Below are positions 1 to 9,260 of a DNA stretch of 32,000 nucleotides, piece by piece. Position 1 is the first letter of the stretch; each line of letters begins with the position of its first letter. The translations under genes and the position numbers were made by a program. The notes beneath the pieces were generated by a model that was given only the letters and a program-made list of their open reading frames with translations, was not told the DNA's origin and did no database searches. Source of the DNA: Candidatus Pelagibacter ubique HTCC1062 (GTDB taxonomy: Bacteria; Pseudomonadota; Alphaproteobacteria; Pelagibacterales; Pelagibacteraceae); contig NC_007205.1 of the NCBI RefSeq assembly GCF_000012345.1, positions 1,170,001 to 1,202,000 of the forward strand, in the 5' to 3' direction.

Positions 1-486
1 AAATTAATCCATTGGCTAACTGCCGCAGGATTACTAATTCAAATACCTTTGGGGTTTTATTTGGTTGATTTAGACTTTGATCAATTTAGGGTTGATATAG
101 AAAATTATCATATATTATTTGGATTAATCCTATTTTACACAACTCTAATAAGGCTAACTTTTAAACTATTATCTCCTACACCAAATTTCAATGACAATGC
201 TTTTCCTGGTCAAAAAGTTTTAGCAAAGTTAAACCACTTTTTTTTATATTTAGCTTTATTAACAATAACTATATCGGGTATTTTTAAGAAATTATTTAAT
301 GGTGAAAGTTTAGTTATTTTTTTCAAAAAAGTTAATCTAACTTATAATTTTGAACTCTCAGAACAGTTTTATTCAATTCATGTATTAGCAAATTATGTAT
401 TAATTGGATTAATTGCATTACATATTTTAGCAGTACTGTTTCATAAATTTTTATTAAGGGAAAATATTTTAAAGAGAATTTTATAA
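1..486 (+). CDS. cytochrome b561 (CybB-like) family membrane protein, 5' end outside window
   Basis: Frame 1 is open from base 1 (KLIHWLTAAGLLIQIP...), so the TTG at 49 in the ORF track is probably not the true start. Hydrophobic helices carry spaced His residues (HWL, YHILFG, NHFFLY, LHILAVLFH), as in bacterial di-haem cytochrome b561. Confidence 0.7.
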   Translation, partial: KLIHWLTAAGLLIQIPLGFYLVDLDFDQFRVDIENYHILFGLILFYTTLIRLTFKLLSPTPNFNDNAFPGQKVLAKLNHFFLYLALLTITISGIFKKLFNGESLVIFFKKVNLTYNFELSEQFYSIHVLANYVLIGLIALHILAVLFHKFLLRENILKRIL

Positions 487-489
487 TTT

Positions 490-1194
490 TTAATTATCAA
501 ATGCACATCTAAAACCAACATAGATTGCATAAAAGTTCGAGGGTTTATATTGAGCTCCATTAATACTGGTCTTTGAACCTCCATACCACCAGGAGGCCCC
601 TGCTGTTAAAGAGTTATTTTTTTCCTGATCATCGACCCATTCCCACACATTACCACCCATTGCGACTAGCCCATTTATACCTTCTGGTAATGTTGTTACA
701 TCAACATGCTTGTCATAATTTAATAAACCTTGGGAGTTCATTTCTTTAGCTATATCTCCACTAGGGTATCTATAAGTTTTATCTTTATCAAATTTATTGG
801 ATGCAAATATTTGAGTGTAAGCTGCATAAGACCATTCCTCAAATGTAGGCAATCGGCCATTTATAAATTTGCAATAATTCTCAACTTCAAATCTACTTAG
901 ATGAACAGCGGGCTCTAATTCACTATCAGGTTTTTTTCCATAAGGTGTTTTATAATTCCAATTATCACGTTTAACCCAACCAGCACCCCATTCGTAACCT
1001 CCACCATTTTTTTCAGCTTCTGTAATGACTTCGTTTTTAATTGTATAATTATTAAACTCCATAATTGTTACTTCATATTTATTTAGTGAAAATTTTCCAA
1101 AGTTAATTTTCTCATTTTCAAAACTAAATACTTTAATTGGTAAGATTAATATAAATATCGAGAAATACTTTATAGTTTTGTAAATATTATGCAT
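490..1194 (-). CDS. secreted FGE-sulfatase-domain protein (SUMF1/EgtB/PvdO family), probably not a true formylglycine-generating enzyme
   Basis: Signal-like N-terminus (YFSIFILILPIKVFSF). Family motifs RLPTFEEW, GGNVWEWVDD and C-terminal VGFRCAFD are present. No Cys pair lies between GASWW and GFRC, where catalytic FGEs carry one. Confidence 0.75.
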   Translation of the reverse strand: MHNIYKTIKYFSIFILILPIKVFSFENEKINFGKFSLNKYEVTIMEFNNYTIKNEVITEAEKNGGGYEWGAGWVKRDNWNYKTPYGKKPDSELEPAVHLSRFEVENYCKFINGRLPTFEEWSYAAYTQIFASNKFDKDKTYRYPSGDIAKEMNSQGLLNYDKHVDVTTLPEGINGLVAMGGNVWEWVDDQEKNNSLTAGASWWYGGSKTSINGAQYKPSNFYAIYVGFRCAFDN

Positions 1195-1883
1195 TTAAGC
1201 TTATCGTTGAATAAAATATTTTTTTTATAATTTAGATTAATCTCATTAATTCCGTTAGAAATTTGAAGTGAATTAAAATTTAATAAAGTAGATATATAGC
1301 GTTGTTTTATCATTTTTAAATATACGTTTTTCTTAATATTAACTTTAAAGTTAAAGCTAGCAGTACTTTTTTTTATATTAAGCTTAAGTAGTTTTTTCCA
1401 AATAAGACTATCTCTTTTAAAAGATTGGTTAAGTTTTTGTTTCATCAAGGAAAATGTGGGTATTTCATTATCTTTTGTATCTAAAGTTAAAATTAAAATA
1501 ATCCCTCCTACTTCTAAACTAGAGTATGCATAAGTTAAAATTTTCTTAATATCTTTTAGATTAAATAAATGAATAGTTTGTTTAATTAATATTAAATCAA
1601 ATTTCTTTTTATTATTTCCTAGATATTGAATTGCATTTATTTTTTTAAAACTAATTCTTTTGTCAAAATCTTTGTGATTTTCAATATCAAGTCCAACAGG
1701 CTTATTAATTAATTTGAGTTTAGAGGATAACGAACCCATTATCTTACCTCGGCCACAACCAATATCTAGAATTTTTGAGTATTTAGTTAGTTTTTTTTGC
1801 TTTAATAAAAAATTATTAAAGGACTGGATATATTTAGCTGATGAAATCCAAGTTTTATTATCCCAATTTTTTATACTTAACAT
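1170..1883 (-). CDS. class I SAM-dependent methyltransferase
   Basis: Motif I ILDIGCGRGK, then acidic GLDIE and FDLILIKQTIH at the spacing of Methyltransf_11/25-type enzymes. The 3' end overlaps the FGE-like gene by 25 nt. Confidence 0.8.
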   Translation of the reverse strand: MLSIKNWDNKTWISSAKYIQSFNNFLLKQKKLTKYSKILDIGCGRGKIMGSLSSKLKLINKPVGLDIENHKDFDKRISFKKINAIQYLGNNKKKFDLILIKQTIHLFNLKDIKKILTYAYSSLEVGGIILILTLDTKDNEIPTFSLMKQKLNQSFKRDSLIWKKLLKLNIKKSTASFNFKVNIKKNVYLKMIKQRYISTLLNFNSLQISNGINEINLNYKKNILFNDKLKCIIFTKL

Positions 1884-1934
1884 TACCTAATTTAAAACAT
1901 TTTAACTTATATTTAAATAAAGTATTAGTAACTC

Positions 1935-2888
1935 ATGTTTAAAAAGTTGCATATATTTCTTGGCGCAACTGTTGCAGATGCAGCAGCCCGACCTTTGCAC
2001 TGGGTGTATGATGAAAAAAAACTAAAATCTTATATTAAAGGAAAAAAAAATATTGCTTTCTTTAAACAAAATAGATCCCCATTCTACTCTATTAAAACAG
2101 GTGAAGTTTCAGGATATAATGATGTGGGTCAAGTAATGTTTAAAACATTAACTAAGACCACTAATCATAAAGAGGTTATTAAACTTTTTAAAAAGAATAT
2201 TGTCAAAAATTTTGGACCAGGGTCAAAATATTGGAAAAATTTATCTTTAAGAAAAAAATACAAAAAGATTAAGTGGAAAACAGCCATGAAAGGTCCATGG
2301 ATCCATCAAAATATTTTAGAAACTATCAAAAATATTAAATTAAAAAAAACTATCACAGGTGGGACTAAAGTTAACGAGTCTGATGGGTATTGTGCAAGCC
2401 TACCCTTTTATTTTTCAAATAATTCTGACCACAAAACAAAACAAATTATAAGAACGGTTGCTAATGGTAAAATTAGCGAACAATTTGCATTGGCAAAACT
2501 TAAGATTATTGATTTAGCTGATAAGGGGGACAAGGATCCAGTTAATAGCTTTTTAAGAAAAAATATAAAAAATAAATACTTTAAAAATGTCATTGAAAAC
2601 ATCAAAAAAGTTAAAAAGGTAAAATCAAAACCCCACAATTTTGTTGTAAAGAAATTTGGTAAAGCATGTAGTTATCCAGGTACTTTTAATGGAGGAATAC
2701 ATGCAATCATAACCTCTAAAAGTTTTAAAACTGCGGTTATTAAAACAATTAAAGCTGGTGGATGCAATTGTTCTCGTGCTAATTTTGTCGGTGCTTATTT
2801 TGCAGCTTATAAAGGTTTAAAAGGTATTCCTCAGGATTGGATAAAAAAAACAAATCCTGCAAAATCTATACTGAAATTTATTGCTTAA
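1935..2888 (+). CDS. ADP-ribosylglycohydrolase-fold protein with non-canonical metal-site residues
   Basis: N-terminal LGATVADAAARPLHWVY parallels the ARH G-x-GDALG segment. GEVSGYNDVG parallels the TDDTE segment. C-terminal GGCNCSRANFVGAYFAAYKGLKGIPQDW parallels GGD(T/A)DT..A..GA..GA..G...IP..W. The protein is very Lys-rich. Confidence 0.5.
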   Translation: MFKKLHIFLGATVADAAARPLHWVYDEKKLKSYIKGKKNIAFFKQNRSPFYSIKTGEVSGYNDVGQVMFKTLTKTTNHKEVIKLFKKNIVKNFGPGSKYWKNLSLRKKYKKIKWKTAMKGPWIHQNILETIKNIKLKKTITGGTKVNESDGYCASLPFYFSNNSDHKTKQIIRTVANGKISEQFALAKLKIIDLADKGDKDPVNSFLRKNIKNKYFKNVIENIKKVKKVKSKPHNFVVKKFGKACSYPGTFNGGIHAIITSKSFKTAVIKTIKAGGCNCSRANFVGAYFAAYKGLKGIPQDWIKKTNPAKSILKFIA

Positions 2889-4208
2889 ATGCAAAACCCA
2901 TCCATTAAATACATTTTAAAATTATCTATTCCAATTTTCTTTGCAAATTTGGCTATTCCATTAGTTGGTATTATTGATACTGGTTTAATGGGTAACCTTG
3001 GTAACTTATCATATTTATCAGCAACTTCAGTGGCTGCTAATTTATTTTCTATGATTTTTTGGAGCTTTGGTTTTTTAAGAATGGGAACCGTTGGATTGGT
3101 TTCACAAGCCTATGGAAAAGAAGATTATACAGAAATATTTAATATTGTTATTCGAAATTTAGTTTTTGTTTTGCTAATTTCATTGATCTTAATTTTATTA
3201 CAAAGTTTTATATTTAATCTAAGTGCGGGTATTTTTAATTTATCAGACACTACTAGGGAATTTTACCAGGATTACTTTCAAATAAGAATTTATTCAGCGC
3301 CTGGTGAGTTAACCCTTTACATTATAACTGGTTTATTTGTTGGATTACAGAAAACTAAAATTTCAAGTTTAGCTGTTGGTCTTTTTTCGATTCTAAATAT
3401 AATTTTAAGTATTATTTTTGTTTCAAAATTTGATTTAAATATCAAAGGGGTTGCTTATGGGACTTTAGTCTCTGCACTTTTGATATCTACATCTTTTTTA
3501 ATTTATACATTTTGGTATCTAAATAAAATGTCTAAAATCAATATCAATATTAATGAATTAATAGATCTAAATAAACTTAAAAACATTTTTAATATTAATC
3601 TAAATATATTTATTAGAACCATTTTACTAACTTTTTCATTTTTTTGGTTTACTTACCTTGGCAGTCAAATAGGTGAAGATTACATTGCAGCAAATGCAAT
3701 TCTTATTAACCTGGTCTTTTTGTCTGCTTTCATTCTTGATGCTTATGCATTTTCAACCGAAGGTATGGTTGGTTATTCCTTAGGTAAAAAAGATATAAGC
3801 TTGTTTAAAAAAATTGTTAAAAACTCTTTTATTTTAAGCACCCTTACTGGATTAATTATTTCGATAATTTATTTTTTTATTAACAAACACGTCATTACAC
3901 TAATGTCTGATATTGAAACTATTAGAAATCTAAGTTCTTCTTATGCAGTATGGCTAATACTAATGCCTTTAATTTCATCATTTTGTTATCAATTTGATGG
4001 AATATTTATTGGTGCATCACAAACAAAAGAGCTTAGAAATGCCATGATTTTTTCTGTATTTTCTTATCTATTAATGTCTTTATATTTAACAAAATTAATG
4101 GGTAATACAGGTATCTGGATATCTTTATGCTTGTTTATGGTGCTAAGGGCTTTATCTTTATTTTATTACCTAGACAGAATTTATTTAAGATTTAGTACCA
4201 CTAAATAA
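2889..4208 (+). CDS. MATE family efflux transporter (DinF/NorM-like)
   Basis: 439 aa and about 12 hydrophobic helices. MATE-like N-terminus IPIFFANLAIPLVGIIDTGLMG, with an internal duplication of the 6-TM unit. The start abuts the upstream stop (TAA ATG). Confidence 0.8.
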   Translation: MQNPSIKYILKLSIPIFFANLAIPLVGIIDTGLMGNLGNLSYLSATSVAANLFSMIFWSFGFLRMGTVGLVSQAYGKEDYTEIFNIVIRNLVFVLLISLILILLQSFIFNLSAGIFNLSDTTREFYQDYFQIRIYSAPGELTLYIITGLFVGLQKTKISSLAVGLFSILNIILSIIFVSKFDLNIKGVAYGTLVSALLISTSFLIYTFWYLNKMSKINININELIDLNKLKNIFNINLNIFIRTILLTFSFFWFTYLGSQIGEDYIAANAILINLVFLSAFILDAYAFSTEGMVGYSLGKKDISLFKKIVKNSFILSTLTGLIISIIYFFINKHVITLMSDIETIRNLSSSYAVWLILMPLISSFCYQFDGIFIGASQTKELRNAMIFSVFSYLLMSLYLTKLMGNTGIWISLCLFMVLRALSLFYYLDRIYLRFSTTK

Positions 4209-4244
4209 ATACAACTGCCCCTGATAAAATGGTATTCTAAATCA

Positions 4245-5258
4245 ATGTTATTTCGACAACTCTTTGATAAAGCTTCAAGCACATTTACATACCTAATAGC
4301 TTCTGCAAAAGGAAGAGAGGCCTTAATCATTGATCCAGTGTTAGAAAATGTTGAACAATATATTAAGCTCCTTAAAGAACTAGATTTAAAGTTAGTAAAA
4401 GTTATTGATACTCATATCCATGCTGACCATATCTCAGGTATTGCCGAACTAAGAGATAAAACGAATTGCGTTACAGTAATGGGTGACAAAACCCCTGCTG
4501 ATGTGGTTGCAATGCAAGTTGCCGATGAAGAGACAATTAAAATTGATGGCTTAGAATTACAGGCAATTTATACCCCAGGTCACACCATAGAAAGTTTTAG
4601 CTTCTTAATGAATGATAGGGTTTTCACTGGAGATGCATTATTAATTAGAGGAACCGGTAGAACAGATTTTCAAAATGGAAATGCAAGAGATTCGTATAAT
4701 TCTATTTTTAATAAACTTTTAAAACTTCCAGATGAAACATTAATTTACCCTGCTCATGATTATAAAGGAGAGATGGTCAGTACCATAATAGAAGAAAAAA
4801 AATTCAACCCAAGACTGCAGGTAAGTTCTGCAGATCAATATATCGAAATTATGAATAATTTAAATTTGCCTAATCCAAGTATGATGGATGTTGCAGTTCC
4901 TAGTAATTTACAATTAGGAATAGATTTTAATAGACAAAAAGTAAATAACGGTGTCGAACCAGAAAAATTTAATGAAATTAAAAATGATGCTCAGTCAATT
5001 TTAATTGATCTTAGAGAGCAAAATGAAATAGATAAAGATGGTATGATTAAAAATAGTACAGTGGTTCGTTTTCCAGAAATTAACGAGTATCTACAACAAA
5101 ACAAAAATACTTTAAAAGATAAAAGAATTTTATTTTATTGCGCACATGGTCATAGATCGACTCTAGCAGTTCAATTATCAAAATCTTATCAATTTACCAA
5201 TTGTTTTCACTTAATTGGTGGTCTTAAGAATTGGAAAAAAGAAGGTTTAGATTTATAA
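4245..5258 (+). CDS. persulfide dioxygenase (ETHE1-type metallo-beta-lactamase fold) fused to a C-terminal rhodanese domain
   Basis: HIHADHISG (HxHxDH) and PGHT motifs. FTGDALLIRGTGRTDFQNG...LIYPAHDYKG...NPRLQ is nearly colinear with human ETHE1. The C-terminal domain has the rhodanese active-site loop YCAHGHRS. Confidence 0.9.
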   Translation: MLFRQLFDKASSTFTYLIASAKGREALIIDPVLENVEQYIKLLKELDLKLVKVIDTHIHADHISGIAELRDKTNCVTVMGDKTPADVVAMQVADEETIKIDGLELQAIYTPGHTIESFSFLMNDRVFTGDALLIRGTGRTDFQNGNARDSYNSIFNKLLKLPDETLIYPAHDYKGEMVSTIIEEKKFNPRLQVSSADQYIEIMNNLNLPNPSMMDVAVPSNLQLGIDFNRQKVNNGVEPEKFNEIKNDAQSILIDLREQNEIDKDGMIKNSTVVRFPEINEYLQQNKNTLKDKRILFYCAHGHRSTLAVQLSKSYQFTNCFHLIGGLKNWKKEGLDL

Positions 5259-5267
5259 AATTAGAAT

Positions 5268-5693
5268 TTAATAACTTAACTTTAAATTTAATCTTTTAAA
5301 TTTATTTCTAAAACTAAAAAATAATTTATTATGATTACCAGTATCTTTTTTAATTGTTTGTTGCCATAAGTGAACCATTTCATGAGATAAAGTATTTAAA
5401 AACTCCATTTTATTTTTATATTTAGGCATCATCTCAAGTACAAATTTATTTGTACCTTTTCTATAAGAGATATATTCAACACATTGCCCTGATCCTCTTA
5501 CTATTCTTTTAATCATTACATCATTAAAAGGGTTGAGTTTATTATTAAATAAAGATTTATTAAAAATCTTAAAGTAATTTCTAATGTCTTTAAAATTAGT
5601 AGTATATTTTTTTTCTGTTTCTATTGTGTCTCTAAGTATTCTTTTTTTTGTTCTTACAATGTAGCTATCTTTAACAATTTTCTTTTTTTTCAT
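5268..5693 (-). CDS. SprT-like zinc-metalloprotease-domain protein
   Basis: HEMVHLWQ (HExxH) followed by GNHNKLF, preceded by the FNKSLFNNKL segment typical of SprT-like N-terminal domains. No C-terminal zinc ribbon. Confidence 0.6.
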   Translation of the reverse strand: MKKKKIVKDSYIVRTKKRILRDTIETEKKYTTNFKDIRNYFKIFNKSLFNNKLNPFNDVMIKRIVRGSGQCVEYISYRKGTNKFVLEMMPKYKNKMEFLNTLSHEMVHLWQQTIKKDTGNHNKLFFSFRNKFKRLNLKLSY

Positions 5694-5832
5694 TTTTATA
5701 GAGTGTGTAAATAAGTGTTATTAAATGGGTATAATTTCTGATTATCTACTACTAAAACTGTAATATACAAGATAATAAAATCTTTAAAAATACGAATGTT
5801 TTTAACTTTATTATGATGATGTTATTTAAAGA

Positions 5833-6201
5833 TTAAAGAGATTTAATAGCAGAATAAATTTTGTCTTTATTCATTTGACCGATGCTTCTATAGACCTCTT
5901 TGTTATTTTGGTAAATTACAATTGTTGTCCAATAGTCAATTCCTAATTGTTTTGCAATAGTCTTATCCTTTTCTTGCTCAAAGCTTAAAAAGAGGATGTC
6001 CTCAAAGTCTTTTTCGGCTTGATTTAGGATCTTAATTTGAACCTTACAGGTTGTGCATGTTTCATTCCAAGAATTTATAACAACTATTTTTCCATCGAGT
6101 TGAGCTTTTTGGAAAATTTCATTATTAAAGGTAGTATTCTTTTCTACGGCAAATGAGTTAAATGACAATAATATAAAAATTAGAATTAAGATTTTTTTCA
6201 T
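5833..6201 (-). CDS. periplasmic thioredoxin-fold protein (CxxC)
   Basis: Signal peptide MKKILILIFILLSFNSFA. WNETCTTCK active-site-like CxxC in a roughly 100-aa thioredoxin-sized domain. Confidence 0.7.
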   Translation of the reverse strand: MKKILILIFILLSFNSFAVEKNTTFNNEIFQKAQLDGKIVVINSWNETCTTCKVQIKILNQAEKDFEDILFLSFEQEKDKTIAKQLGIDYWTTIVIYQNNKEVYRSIGQMNKDKIYSAIKSL

Positions 6202-6245
6202 ATTTTAAATATATAAGTTGCCAAGTTAATTAACAACTCATTGTT

Positions 6246-7139
6246 TTATTTTATAACCCCAATTTGTTTCTGTCTCGATATGATAATTAAACCACTAATT
6301 ATAATAATTAATGCTCCAATATAACTATTAGTCGAAGGAACTTCATCAAATAAAAAATATCCATAAATAATGCCCCATAAAATCACTGAATATCTAAAAG
6401 TTGATGTAACAGACACAAGTGCAATCTTGATAGTTGCAATTGAAAAAATATAACCCATTGCTAAAAAAAAAGCAGAAATAAATAAAATAAAAATATCTTT
6501 TAACGTAAAATCATAAAATTTGTAAATACTTAATATTCCAAAAAAAATAGTCACAACAAAACATGTCATAAATGCAGTTTGAAGACTGTGATAATCTTTT
6601 TTAAAATTTTTTGTGTACATATCTCTAATTGAAAGCATGATTGCTGCTAAAATTGGAAATATAAAATAATAACCAAACTCTAATTTCCCTGGATTAACAA
6701 CCACAACAACTCCAATAAAACCTAAAATTACAGCACTCCATCTTCTCCATCTTACTTTTTCATTCATAAAGATTGCCCCAAATGCAGTTAAGATAATTGG
6801 TGCCATACTTAATAGAATATAAACTTTTGCAAAAGGTAGTAAGGCAATACCTATAAAAAAAAATAATGCGGCTAAAGACTCAAGAAACCCTCTTATCTTT
6901 AGTTCTGTCGAAGAAAAAATTAACTTAAAATTTAATTGTTTTTTTATGTAAAGAAATAATAAAATAAATAGTAGTGTAAAGATCCCTCTTATAAAAATTA
7001 TTTGATTTAAAACAAATATTTCATTGTAGTGTTGGTATATATTTTTTACAAAAGCATCATTTGTTGCAAATGAAAACTGACATAAAAGCATATATAGTAT
7101 GCCCAATAACTCATTGTTAATTTTAACTTTTGCAAACAT
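6246..7139 (-). CDS. DMT superfamily (EamA-like) transporter
   Basis: 297 aa, about 10 TM helices in two repeated halves, typical EamA architecture. Confidence 0.75.
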   Translation of the reverse strand: MFAKVKINNELLGILYMLLCQFSFATNDAFVKNIYQHYNEIFVLNQIIFIRGIFTLLFILLFLYIKKQLNFKLIFSSTELKIRGFLESLAALFFFIGIALLPFAKVYILLSMAPIILTAFGAIFMNEKVRWRRWSAVILGFIGVVVVVNPGKLEFGYYFIFPILAAIMLSIRDMYTKNFKKDYHSLQTAFMTCFVVTIFFGILSIYKFYDFTLKDIFILFISAFFLAMGYIFSIATIKIALVSVTSTFRYSVILWGIIYGYFLFDEVPSTNSYIGALIIIISGLIIISRQKQIGVIK

Positions 7140-7162
7140 TTTGGGAGTAAATATAGGCTTTT

Positions 7163-7480
7163 TTATTGATAATATACAAAAATTAGAAACCAGTAAGAAG
7201 CTAGGCCTGCTAAAATTGTAACAATAATACTTCTGCTAAAATAACCAACGATAATGGCAAATATGGCTGCTAGTAATTTTGGATTACTATCAATGTCTAT
7301 AGACCCTGTAGCATTAAGAAATATAGGAGGAAATATTATTGCTGGAAAAATAGCTGATGGAACATAGGATAAAACTTTTTTTGTCTTTTCATTCAAAATA
7401 TCTCTCTTTAAAAAAAAGATCATAGAAAATCTTGTCATATAAGTCAAAATTCCACAGTATATAATTGTTGTCCAATGCAT
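7163..7480 (-). CDS. azlD: AzlD-family branched-chain amino acid transport protein
   Basis: 105-aa, 4-TM protein immediately downstream of the AzlC-like gene, overlapping it by 1 nt. Size and position are typical of AzlD. Confidence 0.65.
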   Translation of the reverse strand: MHWTTIIYCGILTYMTRFSMIFFLKRDILNEKTKKVLSYVPSAIFPAIIFPPIFLNATGSIDIDSNPKLLAAIFAIIVGYFSRSIIVTILAGLASYWFLIFVYYQ

Positions 7481-8178
7481 TATTTTTTCTTCTTATCAAT
7501 TAATGTAATTATAGTAGCAACTGATAAGGCTGATAGTGCTGCTACAATAATGTAAGCTTGAAATGGAATAGCATTATAACCAATGGTTGCCACAATACCT
7601 GATACTAGCATTACAATTACGTTCTTAAATTTTCTAAAATCATTAATCAACAAAGCAAGAAAGGTTAAGGAAATCGTAAAACTTAACCCTAACTCTTCAG
7701 GTACTACTGATCCAAGAACTATTCCTAAAATTGTTGAAATTTGCCAAATTGTCCAACAAGTAAATCCAGCACCTAATAGGTGATAATGTTTATACTTATT
7801 ATTTAAATTTTTCTTAAAATAAATATTTGAGACCGCAAACGCTTGATCAATTAACACATAGGATAATATAATTTTCCAAGTAAGCCTTAAGTGAGATAGA
7901 TATTCAGAAAAAACTGCACCGTACAATAAATGTCTAGAGTTTACTGCCGTAACTGATGTTATTGCAACTAATGATGATGCACCTCCAGAAAATAATTGCA
8001 ATAAGACAATTTGAGAGGCTCCACCAAAAATTATAATAGACATACCAAATGTCATATACGCGCTCAAACCTAGCTCCATTCCAATAACACCATATATAAT
8101 TCCAAATGGAACTACCGGTATCATTAAAGGACTTACATCAATAATCCCTTTGGATAATGTTTTTAATCTATTATTCAT
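7480..8178 (-). CDS. azlC: AzlC-family branched-chain amino acid permease component
   Basis: 232-aa polytopic protein with an AzlC-like FGGASQ segment, paired with the AzlD-like gene. Confidence 0.75.
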   Translation of the reverse strand: MNNRLKTLSKGIIDVSPLMIPVVPFGIIYGVIGMELGLSAYMTFGMSIIIFGGASQIVLLQLFSGGASSLVAITSVTAVNSRHLLYGAVFSEYLSHLRLTWKIILSYVLIDQAFAVSNIYFKKNLNNKYKHYHLLGAGFTCWTIWQISTILGIVLGSVVPEELGLSFTISLTFLALLINDFRKFKNVIVMLVSGIVATIGYNAIPFQAYIIVAALSALSVATIITLIDKKKK

Positions 8179-8197
8179 TTTAATTTAAGATTTTGTA

Positions 8198-9256
8198 TTA
8201 GAAACAAACTATATGATCAATATTAATAGGACGCTTGATACCAAATTTTTCGTCAACTTCATGCTGATGAATATGATGTGAATGAACAAAAACAGGTACT
8301 AATCTATTACTTGTAGTTTTAAGGGTGTAGATAAAATTTGTTCCCCTAAATTTTCTATCTACTACTTCTAATTTTAAGTTACTTTGATCATCATGTTCTA
8401 GATCTTCAGGCTGCAATAAAAGTTGAACTTCAGACCCTTTTGGATAATGTTTTATAAAATCTCCAGTTATTGTTCCAAGATCATCATTTTCTAAACTATT
8501 TTCACCTGTAACTTTTGCTGGGATTAATATGCCTCGATTTAAAAAATTAACCACCTCTATTGAGTTTGGAAAATGGTAAACATTATACGGATCATCGTAT
8601 TGTTTAAGTTGACCATCTAAAATTATTCCACATTTTGTTCCCAAATAAAAAGCTTCGTATGAGTCGTGCGTTACAATAATTGTTGTAATTTTATGTTCTG
8701 TTAAAATTTGCTTTAATTTAACCTGTATTTCTTCTTTAAAGTTCTGATCAACATTTGAAAGAGGTTCATCTAATAACAATAAATCAGGATTAGATAGCAA
8801 AGACCTTGCTAATGAAGCTCTTTGAGCTTCTCCAGAACTTATCTGATGTGGATATTTATCAGCAATGTGTTCGATATGAAGAAGCTTATTTATTTCATTT
8901 AAATTTAAGCCTTTCTTCTTCTTTTTATTTCTATCAGCACCAAATTTTATATTTTCTAAAACCGTATAATGGGGAAAAAGTGAATTGTCTTGAAACCCCA
9001 TAGAAATATTTCTATTTTCAGGTTCAATATGAGTTTTATCAGATGATAAGATTTTATTTTTTAAGATAATCTTTCCTGATTGTATTTTTTCCAAACCTGC
9101 AATTGTTCTAAGAATAGTAGTTTTACCAATACCTGATGGGCCTAATAAACAAACAATGTCTCCTTGATTTTCGATTGTAAGAGACACATTATTTACTTTG
9201 CTCTGAGCACTTGCTGCAAATGTTACATTATTTATTTCTAAAAAATTTTTTGTCAT
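8198..9256 (-). CDS. fbpC: Fe(3+)-type ABC transporter ATP-binding protein
   Basis: Walker A GPSGIGKTT, signature ISSGEAQR, Walker B LLLLDEP, H-loop VTHD. C-terminal TOBE-like extension. Operon context with an iron-type permease and binding protein. Confidence 0.8.
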   Translation of the reverse strand: MTKNFLEINNVTFAASAQSKVNNVSLTIENQGDIVCLLGPSGIGKTTILRTIAGLEKIQSGKIILKNKILSSDKTHIEPENRNISMGFQDNSLFPHYTVLENIKFGADRNKKKKKGLNLNEINKLLHIEHIADKYPHQISSGEAQRASLARSLLSNPDLLLLDEPLSNVDQNFKEEIQVKLKQILTEHKITTIIVTHDSYEAFYLGTKCGIILDGQLKQYDDPYNVYHFPNSIEVVNFLNRGILIPAKVTGENSLENDDLGTITGDFIKHYPKGSEVQLLLQPEDLEHDDQSNLKLEVVDRKFRGTNFIYTLKTTSNRLVPVFVHSHHIHQHEVDEKFGIKRPINIDHIVCF

Positions 9257-9260
9257 AATT

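Noticed and set aside
483-497. ATAATT-TTT-AATTAT inverted repeat spanning both stop codons of the convergent pair 1-486 / 490-1194; possible bidirectional terminator.
   Set aside because: The stem is 6 bp of A:T only with a 3-nt loop, too weak to be a credible intrinsic terminator. Such palindromes are expected by chance in DNA this AT-rich.
5283-5304. Two copies of the self-complementary octamer TAAATTTA separated by 6 nt, near the convergent junction 5258/5268.
   Set aside because: The stem is all A:T, lies inside the SprT-like coding region, and has no flanking T-tract logic. It is likely compositional.
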